DNA of 64,000 nucleotides from positions 32,674,001 to 32,738,000 of the forward strand of contig OX597824.1 of assembly GCA_951406725.2 (NCBI GenBank), read 5' to 3'. Position 1 is the first letter of the stretch, and every line of letters begins with the position of its first letter. Below the pieces are notes generated by a model, which ran no database searches, had not been told where the DNA came from, and saw only the letters and a program-made list of their open reading frames with translations. The DNA comes from Octopus vulgaris (taxonomy: Eukaryota). This document shows positions 63,560-64,000 of the stretch, one piece after another. Position numbers and translations under genes: made by a program.

Positions 63560-63972
63560 TGAGGGAGAATGAGGAGGAGGAGGGGGAGGATGATAAAGTG
63601 GATAAGGGGAAAGAGGAGGAGGAGGGGAAGTGAAGAAGAAGAAGGGGAGGAGATGAAGGGGAAAGATGAGGAGGGGAAGTGAAGAAGAAGGGGAGGAGAT
63701 GAAGGGGAAAGAGGAGGAGGAGGGGAAGTGAAGAAGAAGAAGGGGAGAAGGAGAAGGAGAAAGATAAGAGGAAAGAGGAGGGGGGAAGTGAAGAAGAAGA
63801 AAAAGGAGAGGAGATGAAGGGGAGAAAGAGGAGGAGGAGGGGAACTGAAGAAGAAGGGGAGGAGGAGGAGAATAACAATAAGAAGGAGGAGGAGGAGAAG
63901 AAGAAGAAGAAGAAGAAGAAGAAGAAGAAGAAGAAGAAGAAGAAGAAGAAGCAGAAGAAGAAGAAGAAGAAA
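63560..63972. repeat. Polypurine (GAG/GAA)n tract
   Basis: Seen directly. Confidence 0.95.
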
Positions 63973-64000
63973 CAGTTATCTCAAAAAACTACCCAGGAAA

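Noticed and set aside
63468-63878. 136-aa Ser/Pro/Leu/Phe-rich minus-strand ORF
   Set aside because: Antisense translation of a polypurine simple repeat.

Overview
AT-rich eukaryotic DNA dominated by repeats. The SINE families and dense (TA/CA/TACA/AAT)n microsatellites look like an Octopus-type cephalopod genome (inference). The one recognisable host coding feature is missing from the ORF track: the 60-nt first coding exon of a ryanodine receptor on the minus strand (47386-47327, MADSAEPGGGEQDDISFLRT|gtaaga). Bases 1-47326 are therefore probably part of a very long intron 1, and the right-hand 16 kb is upstream DNA. The rest is transposon-derived: several tRNA-derived and RTE-type SINE families, non-autonomous Helitrons, hAT and TA-flanked MITEs, pogo/Tigger, Tc1/mariner and Sola2-like transposase relics, and R4/Dong LINE ends in (AAT)n. 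There is also a rearranged Penelope-like element with an open GIY-YIG ORF, inverted pseudo-LTRs and variant hammerhead-like motifs. The best leads are (i) head-to-tail SINE multimers sharing one exact junction at three loci, (ii) the Penelope element and its non-canonical hammerhead motifs, (iii) recurrent same-site SINE-in-SINE insertion, and (iv) a CpG-decay boundary inside the RyR intron. I cannot establish a new biological system from the sequence alone. Nearly all long ORFs in the track are microsatellite artefacts. SINE family letters A-E are my own labels, and repeat boundaries are approximate unless TSD or TIR coordinates are given.
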